Below are positions 12,214 through 26,751 of a stretch of DNA of 64,000 bases, piece after piece. Below the pieces are notes generated by a model. The model did no database searches. It had not been told where the DNA came from and saw only the letters and a list, made by a program, of their open reading frames with translations. This DNA comes from Lepidodermella squamata (taxonomy: Eukaryota; Animalia; Gastrotricha). Position 1 is the stretch's first letter, and the number at the start of each line of letters is the position of its first letter. The stretch lies in assembly GCA_047495785.1 (NCBI GenBank), contig JBLDXI010000021.1:1922001-1986000 (forward strand), read 5' to 3'. The position numbers and the translations under genes were made by a program.

Positions 12214-14411
12214 ATGCCGAATGCGGTGACAATATCGTTGATACCAGCCCTCAGCCTCGTCTTATATCTATCTGCGAGCGTCACAGGTGGTTCGTCATCA
12301 CCTCGCGCCGTCATCTACGACCAGCCCATGTCACTTCGCCAAAGAGGCGGCTTTAAACAGCCGAATGGATGCCCGGCGAAATGTGAATGTGACGACAATT
12401 TATCCTCCACAGTTTGTTCCAGGCGGAATCTAATAGAAATTCCTGTTGTTCCTATCACATCGCTGTACGCCTATTTCGATAGGAATCCGTTCGAGCAACC
12501 GAGTCTTACCGCAGAAAACTTTACCAGCTTGCCGTACGTTCGGGGTTTATACCTTCGCGGATGTGGAATTATGAGTTTTGAAACGACGACATTCCGCGAA
12601 CTCAAATTTCTGCGCGAACTTGATCTTTCTTACAACAAAATTTCGCACATTCCACGGGGTGCTTTCGCCAACCTGCAGCTCGAATTCCTTGATCTAAGTT
12701 ACAATCCTGGCATCAAGCTGTTGCCAGATTCATTTTGCGGAGCAGCTATATCACGTTTATCATTTCGATGCTGCGATCTGGACAGCGTGAACGTGCAAAC
12801 CTTTCACCCTCTATTCGACTCTTTAACGAGTTTGACACTGAGTTGTAATGACCTCGAAACTATTCCAGCTCCATTGGTGTGGAGCCCAAGCCATCTAACT
12901 GCTCTCAACATTGCCGACAATCCTAGGCTAACTTGCGACTGCAATATGGTTTGGATCTCGCGGCGTCTAGCTCTGCAAAAGTAAGTTTTAATAGCTAATT
13001 CCTAAGTCTAAGACCAAAGGATTAATAAAATAGCTAGCTAAGAATTTCAATGAAGATGGAGTACGTTAAGTTGAAGCTTCAGTAAAGATAATTCATATTT
13101 TTCCAAGTCTCTTTGCAATCTGAATTGTAAATTTCCCGATTTCGCGAGATTTTTCTGACGAGATAGAGTTCCACCTCAAATAAGTACGGAATTCTCTTTG
13201 AATGATCGAAAGGGACATTTTAATTTTTCCAATTTCATCTTCTTTTTTTTAGGCAAATTTTCAAGGTGGATTACATGCCGAAGGACTGCACGGGTGACTC
13301 GGCTATTGTCGTGCACAGTGATGATGGCACTGTCGCTGGAAACTGCTCGACTGACACAGTCATGCTCCGCGACATCGACTACGGCCTATGCGTTCGTTCG
13401 TTGGAAGCGCTTCGCACCATGATGTCGCTAACTGTACCACAAGCGTCGACGCAAACATCGACGTTAGTAACTCCAAGAAGACGCAATAAATCTAGCTCGA
13501 GAACCTTTCAGCCCACATTAACTACTGCGGATGATTCAATAATTCATGAAACAACGATAAGTAGCACTTTGGAAGTAACAACATCGGCAATAACAACAAC
13601 AAAAACAACGACGACAATGGCAGCCACAACCACAACAATATTGGCCACTTCGACATTAACTACAGAAACGCAAGACTATATAGTGCCTGATGAGGAGATA
13701 CCCCAAACCGCTCAACCTTTGTGGACGTCTCTAACTCAGGTGCCAATCGCGACGAACGACAACAGCAGCGACAATAACGCAACAACCGGTTTAGCATGTA
13801 ATGTTAACATTTCTTTTCCCGTAATCGGAACTGGTTCTGATAACAAGGAAGCAGAACCAACCTGGCCGATGTTGTACACCCGGGCGCAAATGTTTGTGGC
13901 GTGCATCGCCTCGGCGACGTTCACCTTCGCCACCGCCGTTTTGTGTTATTGTGCGAATCGCCTGTGCGCCAACTGGGTTGGAAATCACCGGCGTCGACTC
14001 GAGGCAAAGCGACGCGGCGATCGAGCTGCCTGGGCCAAGTCCTGCACTGTTTGCGCGGCTAATGGCACCGCACCGGTCCAGGGCGCTGTCGCCACTGTGC
14101 CACTGTTGGCGCCGAACTCTGCTCTCGTGAATAATCTCGGTGACAGCAGCTCAGTCCGAAGTCACCCGTACCCGTATCACAGGCCGGGCAGACAGTCGGC
14201 GCCGTACAGCAACGGCTGTGGGCTGGCGCTGAAACAGAGCACTAGCTATCCGAGCGGTGACCTGCGAAACAACTCGGCGTCGAGTATGTACTCACAGCAG
14301 TCGTCGCCTGTCGCCGGCTACGGCCGGGTGGGCGCCACCAAGACGTCGGCGCACGCCGTCAACCCCGCCAATAAACAAACATTTAATGTTCGCGTGGCTG
14401 TCGCTAAGTGA
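12214..14411 (+). CDS. Type I membrane leucine-rich-repeat protein (signal peptide, LRRNT, LRRs, LRRCT, Thr-rich stalk, TM, cytoplasmic tail)
   Basis: CPAKCEC LRRNT, LxxLDLSYN repeats, DNPRLTCDCNMVW LRRCT; intron 12981-13252 joins the two ORFs in frame; TM MFVACIASATFTFATAVLCYC. Confidence 0.88.
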
Positions 14412-14999
14412 CATGACGCCCTAATTAGTCGCCGTCGTGCTTCTCTAGCGTCGTCTTGTCTACCTATACAGCATGTCTTACTTATTTTATAGCTTCGTGC
14501 AAGGCCGGGTGCTCCAGTAGCCGCCTTTGGATGATTCGGATATGATGCGCAATTTAAATAGTAAAAGTAAAAATGACTGTTGATAGAGTCGAAAGCAAAC
14601 TGACTGATTCTTTCATACTGACAAAACAGATCTAATTTATCCTGAAGAGAAAACTTCGTCCCGAAAGTAGCCGCGGATATTTGAGTTCAAAATTCAATCC
14701 CGCGGGAAAATGTACGCCGCAAGTTTTAATTAAGCAAAGCGCGAAGGTTGTGCCAATTGTTGAAGAATCAACAAGATGATGGGAAGTTTTTAGAATAGCG
14801 AACGAATTTGGGATAATAACCTTATGATTCGATTTAGAGGCATTTGCTGTTAAAACTATAAATTGTTATGCTTGTCGAAATCGAAGCGGCTCATGTTATA
14901 AAAAAAACTTGATAACCCAGAGATTTAAAAAATGGCAATTTGGCAAACTACCTAAATCTTATCCAGAGTAAAAAGAAATTCTCGTCGGCATTATAATTT

Positions 15000-15987
15000 A
15001 AAGAATAAAGTTGAATTATAGCAAAATGTAATTACCACGCAGTAGCTCCGGCGGTTGGGAGGGCAATAGGCTGGAGTAGGGACATTTTTACTGCCACAGT
15101 CGTAACATTCGTAACATCGTTCAACAGGAGCTTTCGTCGTTGTTTCAACATCTACAGCAAAACATCACCCGATGTAAACAAGCAAATTGACATTACAGGT
15201 AGGCTTACATATGGCGAGCGATCTCTCTGTAGTGGAAGATGCTGCTGGTGGCGGTCGAAATGTGGTTGACATGCTCCACCATGTCGGCCAGACAAAGTCA
15301 CTCGTGCCTTGTTGAGGCGGGGTCATTGGCGGTGGCTGTGGGCGCCATGTTGTCATTGCCGCCGTCGTTCCGGGTGTGAACCAAACAGGCGGGTTCGATG
15401 TTAACAGTTGCTCATAGCAGTTGGATCCAAAACAGTTGCACATATCCTTCTGGCAACACAACGTTTGCGGATCTGTGGGTCTGGAGGAAGGGTAAAATGT
15501 TTAAAAAAGTGTTGGCGTGATCATTGAAAATCGTTACCGGCAAGTTTCTGTGCATCCCATCATCACGTTGTATTGAGTTGCCCATGACTAATTATGTAGA
15601 AAAAATAAAATAATTAAAAATCAAGCCAGACAGAATTTGTATTCCGTTTCCCTGTCAAAGCTAGGAATAGGCAAGGTAAGTGATTTTACTCAGGAATTAA
15701 GGATAAAAAAGGGTAAAAATGGCGTCCCGCCACCAACTTACATAGAGGCTTACTTTGCACCAATACTGATTTGGTGCACACTGTTCGACGGATACAGCCC
15801 CAGTTTGGCTGTTCGAAGGTCGGCTGCAAGAGTCAGGGACTCCGAAGCATCTTAGACAGTAGAGGGCACCTGAAAAGATTGAATGTAAAGCATGATTTTT
15901 GGCAATCGATGACACCCTACCGGCAGCTGGAATGTTGGCAAGGAGGATAAAAACGGTAGAAAATGACAATAAAGCGCTCTGCGTCAT
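15000..15987 (-). CDS. Secreted or surface Ly6/uPAR (three-finger)-like cysteine-rich protein with a Thr/Pro linker; 3' end uncertain
   Basis: Signal peptide MTQSALLSFSTVFILLANIPAA, LYCLRC at the domain start, CCQKDMCN at the domain end; a second CYECYDC unit near 15035-15150. Confidence 0.7.
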
Positions 15988-17190
15988 GCTTATTGGCGGC
16001 GAAGGATTATTGGTTTGTGAAAATAGTAATTTCATATTCGACCCCAACAGCCTGTAGTCACTTGTAACGGTGGCGTATGTTGACTACAGGTTGATCGATT
16101 GGGTGTTAAACTGCTGGCTTTCGGTGCTAGTGATATGTTTCTCGTGTTTCAGACAATTGAAAGCTGCTACAAGAGCGCTGCAATAAAACTGGTAAGGTGC
16201 TTATATCAATCGACAGCTCTAACACGTGTTTGTTCCCAACGGTTTCTTGTTAAATAACTCGAAGTGTCTCGAATGTGCGTCTGGCCCTCGTCGTGTTGTA
16301 AAGACTAGGTATATCATTTCTCAATAGGCATCTTTTTGTTGTCATCGCGCTCGTCGTTGCTTGTTAACAGGTGCGTTAGAGCCGGGACCAGCGCCAATAA
16401 ATAGAGCTAAATTTGTAGCGCATCGTTGTCTTCTTCGCAAATTCAACCGTAGAAATGTCACGAAAAATTAAGCGCGCCGTCATTCCTGAGCGCGCGTGTT
16501 CGGCACACCTTCGCGCCGCCGGGCCCCGCTGCTTCGCGAGTCATGTATGTGCGCATTTGTTGCTAACACGAACGAATTATCTCGCACATGTTTGCCATCG
16601 CACAGTTTTGTCTGTTTGTTTTGTTCGAGCCCGCGAGCACAACGCGACGCCTCATCATTTTATTAACTACTCATAATTTTGTTCAATTGAAGCCAGCAAC
16701 AAAGTGCCATTTAGTCAGCAACTTTGTTCATCACCGGCAAGCGCTGGCCGGCCCTGATGTGAGCTAGAAATATCAAGAGAAAAAAAACCTCGTCTTATGT
16801 TTGCGGATGCTATCATAAGTCGTTGCATTTCGTGTTAGGCTTTAATGTCGTCATTCTCAGCCGGGCACGTTTTAATTGCATTTTACGCCTGTGCTTTTTG
16901 CCGCAATTTTAAGACGTGACAGCCCGCGCACCGTCGCTAGCCCCCAGCGCGTAAAGTATTTTTTGCGAATACACAGCGCTTTTACCGAAGTCCAGATAGT
17001 ATGCTTTTAGAATTAAAATCACAGCAGTGTGAAAGGTGGCCATAGCAGCAGCGCCCTTACTCGCATTGATACTGTTTGGGCAATATACATTATTTATTCC
17101 AGTCTGCAGCATCAGATAAACACACATAATTGTGTATAAATCGCTGAAAAAACCTAAACTCAGTTTATAATTTTCCGTCATATAAAAATA

Positions 17191-17973
17191 ATGGCTGTCG
17201 ATAAACGGAAGTATAACATAATGGAGTTTTTCGGGAAAACATCATATGCTGAAACTCACCGAGCGTTCCCTGGCGCAAAGCCAATGGACAAAATTTTTCG
17301 GCCTTTCGCGAGACCGTTCCAACCATGTCGCTTACCTTTTCATTACGAAAGTGCCAACTCAGCTGCTTACACGAGAGACGCGGTTTCCGGAAATATTCCG
17401 CCCCACATCGGCGCTTGGGCGCGGCGAGATGGAGCGCGAACGATTGGTTCGAGCGATCCGCTTGAAATTTCAACATCATACTCTAAATCCTATCAGAACC
17501 CTCATGTTCACATGAACCCTATGGAAAAAGCTCGAGAAACTGCCTACGGTATTACTTTTATTTAAATTTAAGATGGACATAATTTTAGCTTTTATGCAGC
17601 CGAGGAGTACACACACAATAGACCGAATGCCTCAACTCAATTATGCAGCAGCACAAATTTCAATAACAATTCTAATTGCAAACCCTATAGCATCCAGACA
17701 CAGGGGCCAAATGTAGTTTGCACCACCCAGCCAGCCGTAGGTCTTGCAGCAGGCAATCGGTCGTTCCTACCGTACCGTGCCGTTACCTTCAACGGTTACC
17801 GCACCTACGACTCAGAGTATACCAACCAATATCGCGACTATAGTGGAGTTAAGGTTGAACTTTGATATTTCTTCAGGCGTGGTTCATCTTAATTTACTGT
17901 GTTTACACAGGAATATTGCAAACGGCCAGGTCAAAGCAGCACGATAACTTGTACCGTCCAACCAGCAATGTAA
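17191..17973 (+). CDS. Putative ciliary microtubule inner protein (SAXO/Mn-motif-like), 3 exons
   Basis: Short repeats TSYAETH, STSYSKSY and SEYTNQY resemble Mn motifs; introns ~17549-17599 and ~17854-17910 keep the frame to TAA at 17971. Confidence 0.5.
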
Positions 17974-18092
17974 AGCAGTTGGACCAATTTTGATACAAAA
18001 CAGGCTGACTCAATAAGCATCTTTTTTATTGTATCAATACATTATTTGAAAATATACAGGCATTAAAAAAGCGAATACTCGATGAAGAAGAA

Positions 18093-20116
18093 CTACAAGT
18101 TTTGTGATAGCGAATAATTGAAGCTATGTGCGAAGCGATCGTTATGCCGTTTGATATCTCTTCGATTCATATCACCAGCAACACGATCAGCACCAGATTT
18201 GATCTTTTTCGCAATTCGAGTTTTAGGAGTTACAGGCTTTAGTTCTGTAACACCCTTCCGCTTTCGACTCTTCTTCACAGGCGCTGTCAGATTTATACCA
18301 AGGGCGGCAGAAATATCTCTCTCCAAACTCACATCACGCCAATTTGAGGTAGACGGTTCTTTTGAAGAATGTTTGACTACTTTATCGAAATTCTGGCCGA
18401 TGGGGCCATGAAATGGGCATTTGACTTTATCTCGTCTGGGGCAAAATTTGCCATCCCCGATTGGGGCTCCACAAACTGGTGCGCTTTCTCTCGGTGTATC
18501 GTCCTTGGTAATGTAGTAATATGTTCTCGTGGATACTGCTTCAGCAAGCATTGAAGAAGCCGCTGATTTCCCGTGAACCTCTGGGTCGTACTCAGATGAT
18601 CTACACCAAATATTATCATCTTTCGAGTGCAGTCTAGTGAATGAAGGGTCGGCATTGTAATCTTCCGATGGGATTTCAGATAGAAGTAATTTTGGAATAT
18701 TGTTAGCCGGTGATTTGCCGTGGCTGGGTGACCTGGCGGCATTCGAAGTAACAGGCTTGTCAGGCTTCGAAACCTTCGGCGGTGCAGTTAAACGCTCTTG
18801 CAACACTCTGTCAGCGGTGATTTCATCGGTTACATGATTTGCGGGAACGTCCACCCACTCTTCGTCGTCACTGCTATTTGCCTCGACCGATTTCTTCTGC
18901 CATCTGATGGTAATTCGTTCGTAGGCAGCTTTAGCTTTGCACAAATCAGCTTTCATGTCGATAGCTGTCTTCAACGTGGTTTCAGCCGCGCCAAGTTTAG
19001 ACATTTTTTCAAGTAGACCAGCAACGACTGGAAGGTGATGTTTAGAGCAAGCTAAATAACAGCTTTTGAAATTCTCTAACACATCTGTGTTGTCTTCATT
19101 CTCTATCAATTCCGAACTCGCACCAATAGGCACAACAACTGAGACGGGGACACCAGGTAAGTATCCCGACTCCCTGAGATCGAATTCTCCTGTAGATGAA
19201 GTTTCAGCTTCCTTCGTCAATGTTGTATCGGAGGATATAGCAGCTATTCCTAGTGGAAATCCGAAGTTTTCAGGACTTGGCATCAACAGTCTCAAGCATG
19301 ACCAAAATTGTTCCAAGTTTTCAGCAACCTCATCACGTTTGCCTAATGATGAAGAGTATAGAACGCTTAAAATTTTATGAAATCCGAAATCACCTTCAAA
19401 TTCTTCAACCGCCTTGCTTAATTGAAGCTGCTTGACTCTTTGAAGCCTTTCATTGACAGGGGCAGACGGAAGTGTTGGCGCCTCAAAATTTATCTGAATA
19501 ACACGTAATTGCCAGAAAAACATTGGGAAAATCGAAATAACAACCTTGTAAACGTTTTGCATGAACTTGTAAATTAGTTCCAGCTCCATGTATGTCTTTC
19601 CATATTTAGTTTTCCAAGCGGCTATTGTTCGGCATGCATCACGAGATAGACGCATTGCTGCTGTTCGAGGGGGTGGCAAAGGCTTTTCACTGTCAGTTTC
19701 TGAATGAATTAAAATACCGCATAGAAGCGATAAGCCATACTAATCACATAATGAAACTAACCAACAACAAGATGAACAAGGTCTTTCAATCTATCGATTA
19801 CGCATTGTCGGAAAGTTTCGAAGTTGTCAAACAAAGAGGCAATGACTTGAAAAGACGATAACCGTATCTCGGCGTGGGGCTTACGAAGCTGTGAGAAAAT
19901 GTCTTTAAACGCCTCGTTAACGTTGGATGCTGCACACCTGTAGAATATGATATAATTTAATAAAAAAAGTAACCATAAGTTCAACACCGCAACCTACCGA
20001 CACAAAGTAGTCAGCTCAGAAATCTGCGCATCGTCCAATTCCTCTTTCCCAGATTCCGTAAGTGACTTCACGAGTTTCTGTACAGGTGTGACACTCTTCC
20101 CCTTTTTCGGAGGCAT
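18093..20116 (-). CDS. UVSSA: UV-stimulated scaffold protein A
   Basis: N-terminal KLVKSLTESG and QLRKPHAEIRLSSF (VHS-like), PPPRTAAMRL, DDEEWVDVP, C-terminal Zn finger CGAPIGDGKFCPRRDKVKCPFHG, end DRFAHSFNYSL. Confidence 0.93.
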
Positions 20117-20395
20117 GGCTCGACGATCACGGCTCGGCAGAATACCAGCTGAAAACGCAATCGCGAAAAATCTCGCTCAGATCTTCGCGCAGACTGTTGC
20201 GTCAATTGATGCTATAATTTGATAATCACATTTTGTTATGAATTACATTTAAAATTATATAAAACAGCTGAAAATAAAATAATACATATTTTACAAAAAT
20301 TGATTTATTGCGTCCTTAGTTTCAGCAGCGTCCACCCTTTGCAAGTCGAAGTCACCTCTTTACTTCACCTGGTTTAATTTTGTCCCCTTCCAAGA

Positions 20396-21986
20396 ATGTC
20401 TGATCATGGTCGGCGAGTGCGAATAAGGAATGACGATGATGACGATGTATATGCTGCAACCTCTAGTCGCTCGATGCGAGATGCATCTCCCCGCTCTGGT
20501 AATCGAGAAAGCAATGATGTTAGAGATTCATCTGAGAAACCGTCTGAAAGGCCACCAGTTTCATCAAAGCCACGTCCTAAGAGCTCGGGTCTCTGGGAAA
20601 AAATCAAACGACGAGAACAGCGAGAACAACAACTAAGAGAGCGGGGATTTTTTGAACATGCACCTCCAGACTTTGTCGACATGCAAAATGAGCCAGATTA
20701 TTGTGGAGACCGCAATCCTTATTTCATGGAAGATCGTCCTAAGCGACGTACTCTTTATTATTCGAAAAAAGGCGGAGATGCATCATATATTGACGTTGTA
20801 GCCGAGGTTCAGAGAGATGACGGAGCTTATGTTGATGTCAAGCCGTTTGAAGATCCTCAAGAACCTCCTGCAACTCTAACTTCTAAGTTTGGCGCTATGC
20901 GACTGAACGGAAAGCCCAACGCTGTGCAGTACTCTTATGACGATTCAACAGTGAACTATTCTAATGTCAGTAACACTAAAGAGCTTCGCCAGGTATTAAA
21001 CAGATTTTATTTTGCGATTCATCGCACATATGATTTGCTAATTAGGTGGTTTACGAAGACTGGCTCGGTCGAAAAGCTGCTATGGTTCGAGCAGAACAAA
21101 AACGTAGAGAAGCTGTGAAACGTGAAGAAGCCAGACTTCAAGAAGAGGTTTGAATTTATTGAATTGGTATTATTCAACTCGCATTTTTACCGTATAAGGA
21201 GTTCAAGAACAAAGTTATGGCTTCGAAGGCAGCGTATATGCAATGGAGAAAGGAAAAGGATGAAGCATGGGCTCAAAAGATAAAGGAAAAAGTAGAAAAA
21301 CAGAAGGCAGAGCAGCTTAAGATGCAAAAGACGGCGGAGGTCAAGCGGAAAACGAAACAGGTATAAACATACGAAATAGCCCAACATATCTAAGATTTCA
21401 TTTTAATCTTCATAGTATGTTCGAGCTTGGTTATCAGAACGGCCTAATAGCGCCGTTGATGCAGAGAAAGCCGCAATTGAACGTCGTCGTCGGGCCAAGG
21501 AGCAGAAACTAGCCAGAGAGGAAGAGGAGCAGAAAAAGAAGGAGCTGTGTGAAAGTGCATTTAAAAAATGGTAAGCTTTACATTTTCTTTTTTTACCACA
21601 TCCAATTAAATTCGCCATGAAATTTATAACAGGCAAGAAGAGAAAATTGAATTGGCCAAAAAGCAGGTGATTGAACAACAAAAGCTCATAAAGCAGCAGA
21701 AAGCTGCCGAATTCAACAAGCGATTGGAGCGCGACCAACAAGCCGTAAATTCATACGAAATGTGGTTGGAGCGAAAGGTAAGGTTGTTAACTGATTGTAA
21801 ATATAGTCTCAATCATGATTTATTCAGGAGAAGCAAATGCAACAAGAGAGCCGTACAAGACGAGCGTCGTCTGCTATCAGTGGATCGATGGGTCGCTTAT
21901 CGTCGAGAAGTGATTTTATCGATGAAAGGCCGCCATTTTTTCCAGCTAGTCGCACTGTACCCCGACCTCTCGTTCGGCTGACCTGA
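20396..21986 (+). CDS. MAP9: Microtubule-associated protein 9 (ASAP)-like coiled-coil protein, multi-exon
   Basis: Spliced K/E-rich coiled coil with repeated YEDWLGRK, AYMQWRKEK, AFKKW and SYEMWLERK; C-terminal PPFFPASRT resembles the MAP9 tail as I recall it (PPWSPPSRT). Confidence 0.7.
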
Positions 21987-24900
21987 GATTGTTAACCGTT
22001 TATTATTTTTCGTTTATCTGTCAAGCTTATTTCTCTATACCTATCAATGCTTATAAAGGAGAGCTCTAAAAATGTACATCTAATTTATTGCTGATGGCTG
22101 TCTAAAAGGCTGCGAAAATTCGACGGTGTGAGTGTTAGTTATGCGACACTTATATCTATCTGCATAATGAAGTATATTCCATTCACAAGTGGATTATTGT
22201 ACCTAATTTATAAATCATTGTGGTAAAAGTTTATGAATGTGATGCTGTGTGATACTATCTAAAGTCTGCTTTTAGATTTAAATAAAGCGATTTTTTCATG
22301 TTTTTTGTTCCAAAATATTGGGGAAATTGGAGTGTAGTTTTTACGGCTAATGCCTGATGCCTGAGGCCAGTGAAAATAATGCATCGGGAACTGAACTCGT
22401 GCATATGCATAGCCGTTGGAGCAAAAACAATCATTCGGCAATGATTCATTCACGCAAAATCATGATTTGTTCCTCAGGGGTATTTTCAGCTGGCCATTAG
22501 CAGTTGTAAAAGTGGTAGAGGCTTGATAGAAGTGGTCATCATCGCTCTGGTGCACTCGCCAGCATAAATAATAAGAATTGAATACGAATAAGACTCATTT
22601 TTGTTTTTATTGTATTTAGTCAGAAGAATTGGAACCTTATAGCTTCCGATAGGTTATTAGTTAGCGGCTCTTCTTCAACCAGTGAACCTTCCCAGCTCAG
22701 ATGCATTATCTTCCTTTTCTCAAGTCTTGAAATCGTTGATTGTGGCTCTTAAGAGGACAAAGCGTAGAGCAAGTTCACATTGCTAGTTGCCGTCGGGCAA
22801 CACGCACGGCTTTCTTCTGAGAACGTCGACACCTTTTGTTTAGCGTTTTATGTAGTTTCATGCGACGAACGCAGCGACAAACATCCGCTTTAAAGATAGA
22901 GATTAGCGAGCTCTGTATTTGTTGGCTTATTCGTAATATATTAACAGATCATCGCGAATCCGTTTTTGATTTCATCAACAAACCCGTGTTGTTTTCTTTT
23001 TTATTTCTAGAACAACCTAAAATTACACGCATTATTAACAGTCTAGCTAAGCGAATTGACATACTGTCAAGCGCCGTAGGGTGTCCAACAGCATATTTTC
23101 GCATTGAATTTCAGCAAGATAATTCTTTTGAAAAACATGCACGTGCGAACCGAAGTACACCAGCGCAGATGCAGTCGCAGGCACCTATTGCAGCAAGCAA
23201 AACAACGCGCGGGAATAAAAGACATGCGCTATTAATAATATTTATTCACATTTGTCATAATTTCATCTTCACCGCAAAATCGCGCCTTGTTGTTTTCTTT
23301 TTTCTCATCACTCATCACTCATCTCGTACGTTTGGCTTTAAAATGCGCATGCTTTAAAATGGATGATACCTGATGTAATTTACAGGTGGTAGGTATAGAG
23401 ATCTCATTTAAATTAATACAAATGCAATGAAATGTTTCCTCCTTCACGTAAAATATCTCCTCTCTTTATCATATTAGGTGAAATATATTACAACAACAAG
23501 TGTGAATAAGCGAGTAGATTCCTTGCCCATTACTAATAGATAACACCTCTTAACAGCAAATGAGTCATGGGATAGTTTTTTCAGGAGCTTGATGGAATTT
23601 GTTCTCTTTATCAAAGTCAGTAAAGCTTTTTTAAATATTATATCAAAATAATCCGCTCCGATAATCTTATCGCGCGGACGTTTATTTGATGTTGCGGTCA
23701 AATTTATTGCCAACGCATGGCGCCGCTCACGCACATGTCACGTCGCCCTTGCGAGGCCGCGCCACCGCCGCCACCTTGTTAGCCTATAAATCAAACGCCC
23801 GTTTGTCGGCTCGTCTAATAGGCTTCGGCTACGCTTTTGTGCCCATAAAATACTAAACGCGTCTCTCAATAACAGCTTAATGCAACGAATTTTTTTAGTT
23901 GGATCAGTAGTACATACGCTTGATTGAACAGACACGCGCTACCGGCTTGCAAGGTGTGTCAGTCTCAATAGCTAGTTCACTCCCTAGGTACGTGACTTGC
24001 CGCCTTTTATGGACAACAAAAATGCAGATCTGTTTGAATTGCAGATGCTGCCACACGCCGGTAGCATTTTTATTGCTAAATTATTATAATATTCTCGTTT
24101 ATCAATTACACATACGCAACATGGGTAGTTTTTGTGGGAAAATTTCTACCTCATTTAACTAATGAAAATTTGACATTCATTTAGCGTTAGACAAACAGCG
24201 TCTTCCTCATGAACTACGACTGTTAGTATTTCGCATTGCATCAACCTTTTTTATCAAGGCTGGAAATGCTAGTTTTCTATGTGAGTATACCTTGACCGTA
24301 TCGCTGTTAGAATTTATCATCGATGCTATCATCGTTTTTGCATTTGTTCGTTTAGGATCCGAGGAATAATAATCATAACTGTTATTATTATTGTTGTTTA
24401 TTGCGCGTGCCGTTTGCGGGATATCGCAAAATCTTTCAGCAAAACATGGCATTGTCTGTTTAACTGATCACCTTCCCGGCTGAAACATGGCCCCCGTGAT
24501 GAATTCATCTGTTAAGCAGCGATGTAAAACATTGAGCAATAATCATTCTACACGCTTGGTCTAAGGGAGGATAATTTACCGCAATATGCTCGCTGAGATA
24601 TGATTTCGTTCGCTTCTAGTAACTATAACATTATTGAACGCGTGATTAATAGTAATAAGACATGGCTGAGATAGCTCCAAGTCAGCTTCGGAAATTGCGG
24701 GCGCAATTATCATACGATCAAGCTTACCTAAATGTGTAGTAATATAAGTCAGAGCGCGCGTAGGGATTTGCGCTGGTGCTATCTATTAAGCTGAATGATG
24801 AAACTAATAATAGATGGTTGATGGAGTCGTCTTACAGTAAACCTGCGCAACTTTTATTACAGTTTGGCAATAAATGGCCCGGGCTAATACCTAGTAATAA

Positions 24901-26751
24901 TTAGGCAGAAATAGTGGCTGCAAGTATCGTTCGTTCGTTCGATGCTGCCAAACAAAAGCCACGATTGGCGATGCGTTTGTTTACGTTGAGGTTTTTCGCT
25001 CACCGGTTGTTGCTCTCGCCCCGCTGACTGCTGACCCGCGCTGTTTTAACTTGTAGCAACGCAGCAGGTCCACACTGGCGCTATGTATCATCACATAAAA
25101 CGGCGGCCGATGATATAGGTGAACGCGATATCGAGCGGTAAAATAGTATACCTATCTATCTACCTGCATTTCGCAGCGCGGCTTCTTGCCAAGGCGAAGC
25201 GTGACTCATCGCCGAGTTTTGTTATTGTTGTTTCCGCTGTGATGTTCTTGTTTCTCGTTATGTACACGAGGCGCAACAAGCTTTGCGCTGTTTGAAGCCG
25301 CCGATGCGCCGCTGCGTTTCAGGTCATGCCTCCAGACGCAAATTAGTCTTACTCAATCGCAGTTCGATTTTACCGACAATACACCTGTATGATGCATTAT
25401 CGAGTTGTCATTTTTTTTATCATTCGCGCGTGCTTTTTTTGTTATTATTTACCGGGAAACAAGTGCGCACCTGCTAAGTCGCAGCGCTGCTATCCGATAT
25501 AATCGAGCCTCGCCGCTATAGTTTTGAAGAGCTGCTCATATTCTCACCTTGCCCAACTCTTTTTTGGCGATTATTTACTGATCACGACTATATGTAATAG
25601 CGATGCTTTATATATTTTTGAGCGCCGGTGGATCTTCAGCAAGTTGATGATGTAGAGGAGGCCGGGCGTGCGTGAGAAAAACCATGTGCTGTTTCGGATT
25701 TTGAGCCGGTACCAAAACAGCAAATACTTGCGGCCTGCATCAGCATCTTGGTTTTTCACAAATAACACCCTTCGACTGTATTTTGCCTCGCGTGAAATTG
25801 CAATAGAGACGCGGATGATATTTAGAGGCCCGTATATCGCTGCTTCATCGCTGGCTAAATGTTAAAAAGCGTAAATAATAATCGCCAGCGCTGTGTTATT
25901 TTCTACGCAGATAGGTACACAATACACTACAGATAGGTATAATATGAAGATAATATCGCAAATAACACTTCATGAGCGCAAAATGTTGTGTTTAGGATTC
26001 AGCTCAGAAAGCGCTTGCCCGTGTTTTGTTCCGGGTTGTAAGACGCACAAAAATTGTTTTTATTGTTATTTTGTATACTTTTACGCTTTCCTCGAAACAT
26101 GTTACGCGAGAAACATGAAAACTGCGCGCTCGATATACTTACTTACCTCCACGGTAATATCTTTCTCGCTCAATTTCTGCGGCTTTGCGGCGCTCAAAAG
26201 AACTGCGCGCGTGTTTTCCCATTTTTTGCATTTAAATATAAAGTTTTGTAGTGGAACCCGTAAATAATAGCTTGGCAACAAATAATGTTTTTGTAGGCGG
26301 GCCATTTTTCGCTGTTTGGAATTTAATCCACGCGAGGCCATATTTATCATGTCAAATTTTGTTTCACGCCATCAAAGAAGTCAATCGCCATATCGATATA
26401 TACTGCTCTCTAGAACAAATGTGTTATTATCTCCACGCTAATGATTTATAATGTAACCGAGCAAGGATGATAGAATAGCAAATAATAAACAAACAAAGCG
26501 CGCTCGAAGTTTAGCCTTTCATCCGCCGCGCGATTCGCCGATAAACAGCCTATTTACTCCCAGAGCAACGCCAAGATTTGAAAATTTCTATTAATTCAAT
26601 TTCTATATAGATTTTTTTACACGCCGAGATTGTTGTGTCACAGTTTATTGACACAGCTATCGGCAAGGAAGAATCGACCGGAAAACAGCTTATTTCGCTC
26701 TGATTTCAACTTCGCTAAATATATAACCGGTACCCGTCAGAAAACAACAAA

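Noticed and set aside
13060-13190. AAATAAGTACGG in the LRR gene intron, similar to the MITE terminus
   Set aside because: Match is only ~12 nt and the partner repeat is poor
19496-19546. Hydrophobic stretch VVISIFPMFFWQLRVIQ within the UVSSA ORF
   Set aside because: It is a ~51-nt stop-free GT-AG intron read through in frame, not a transmembrane segment
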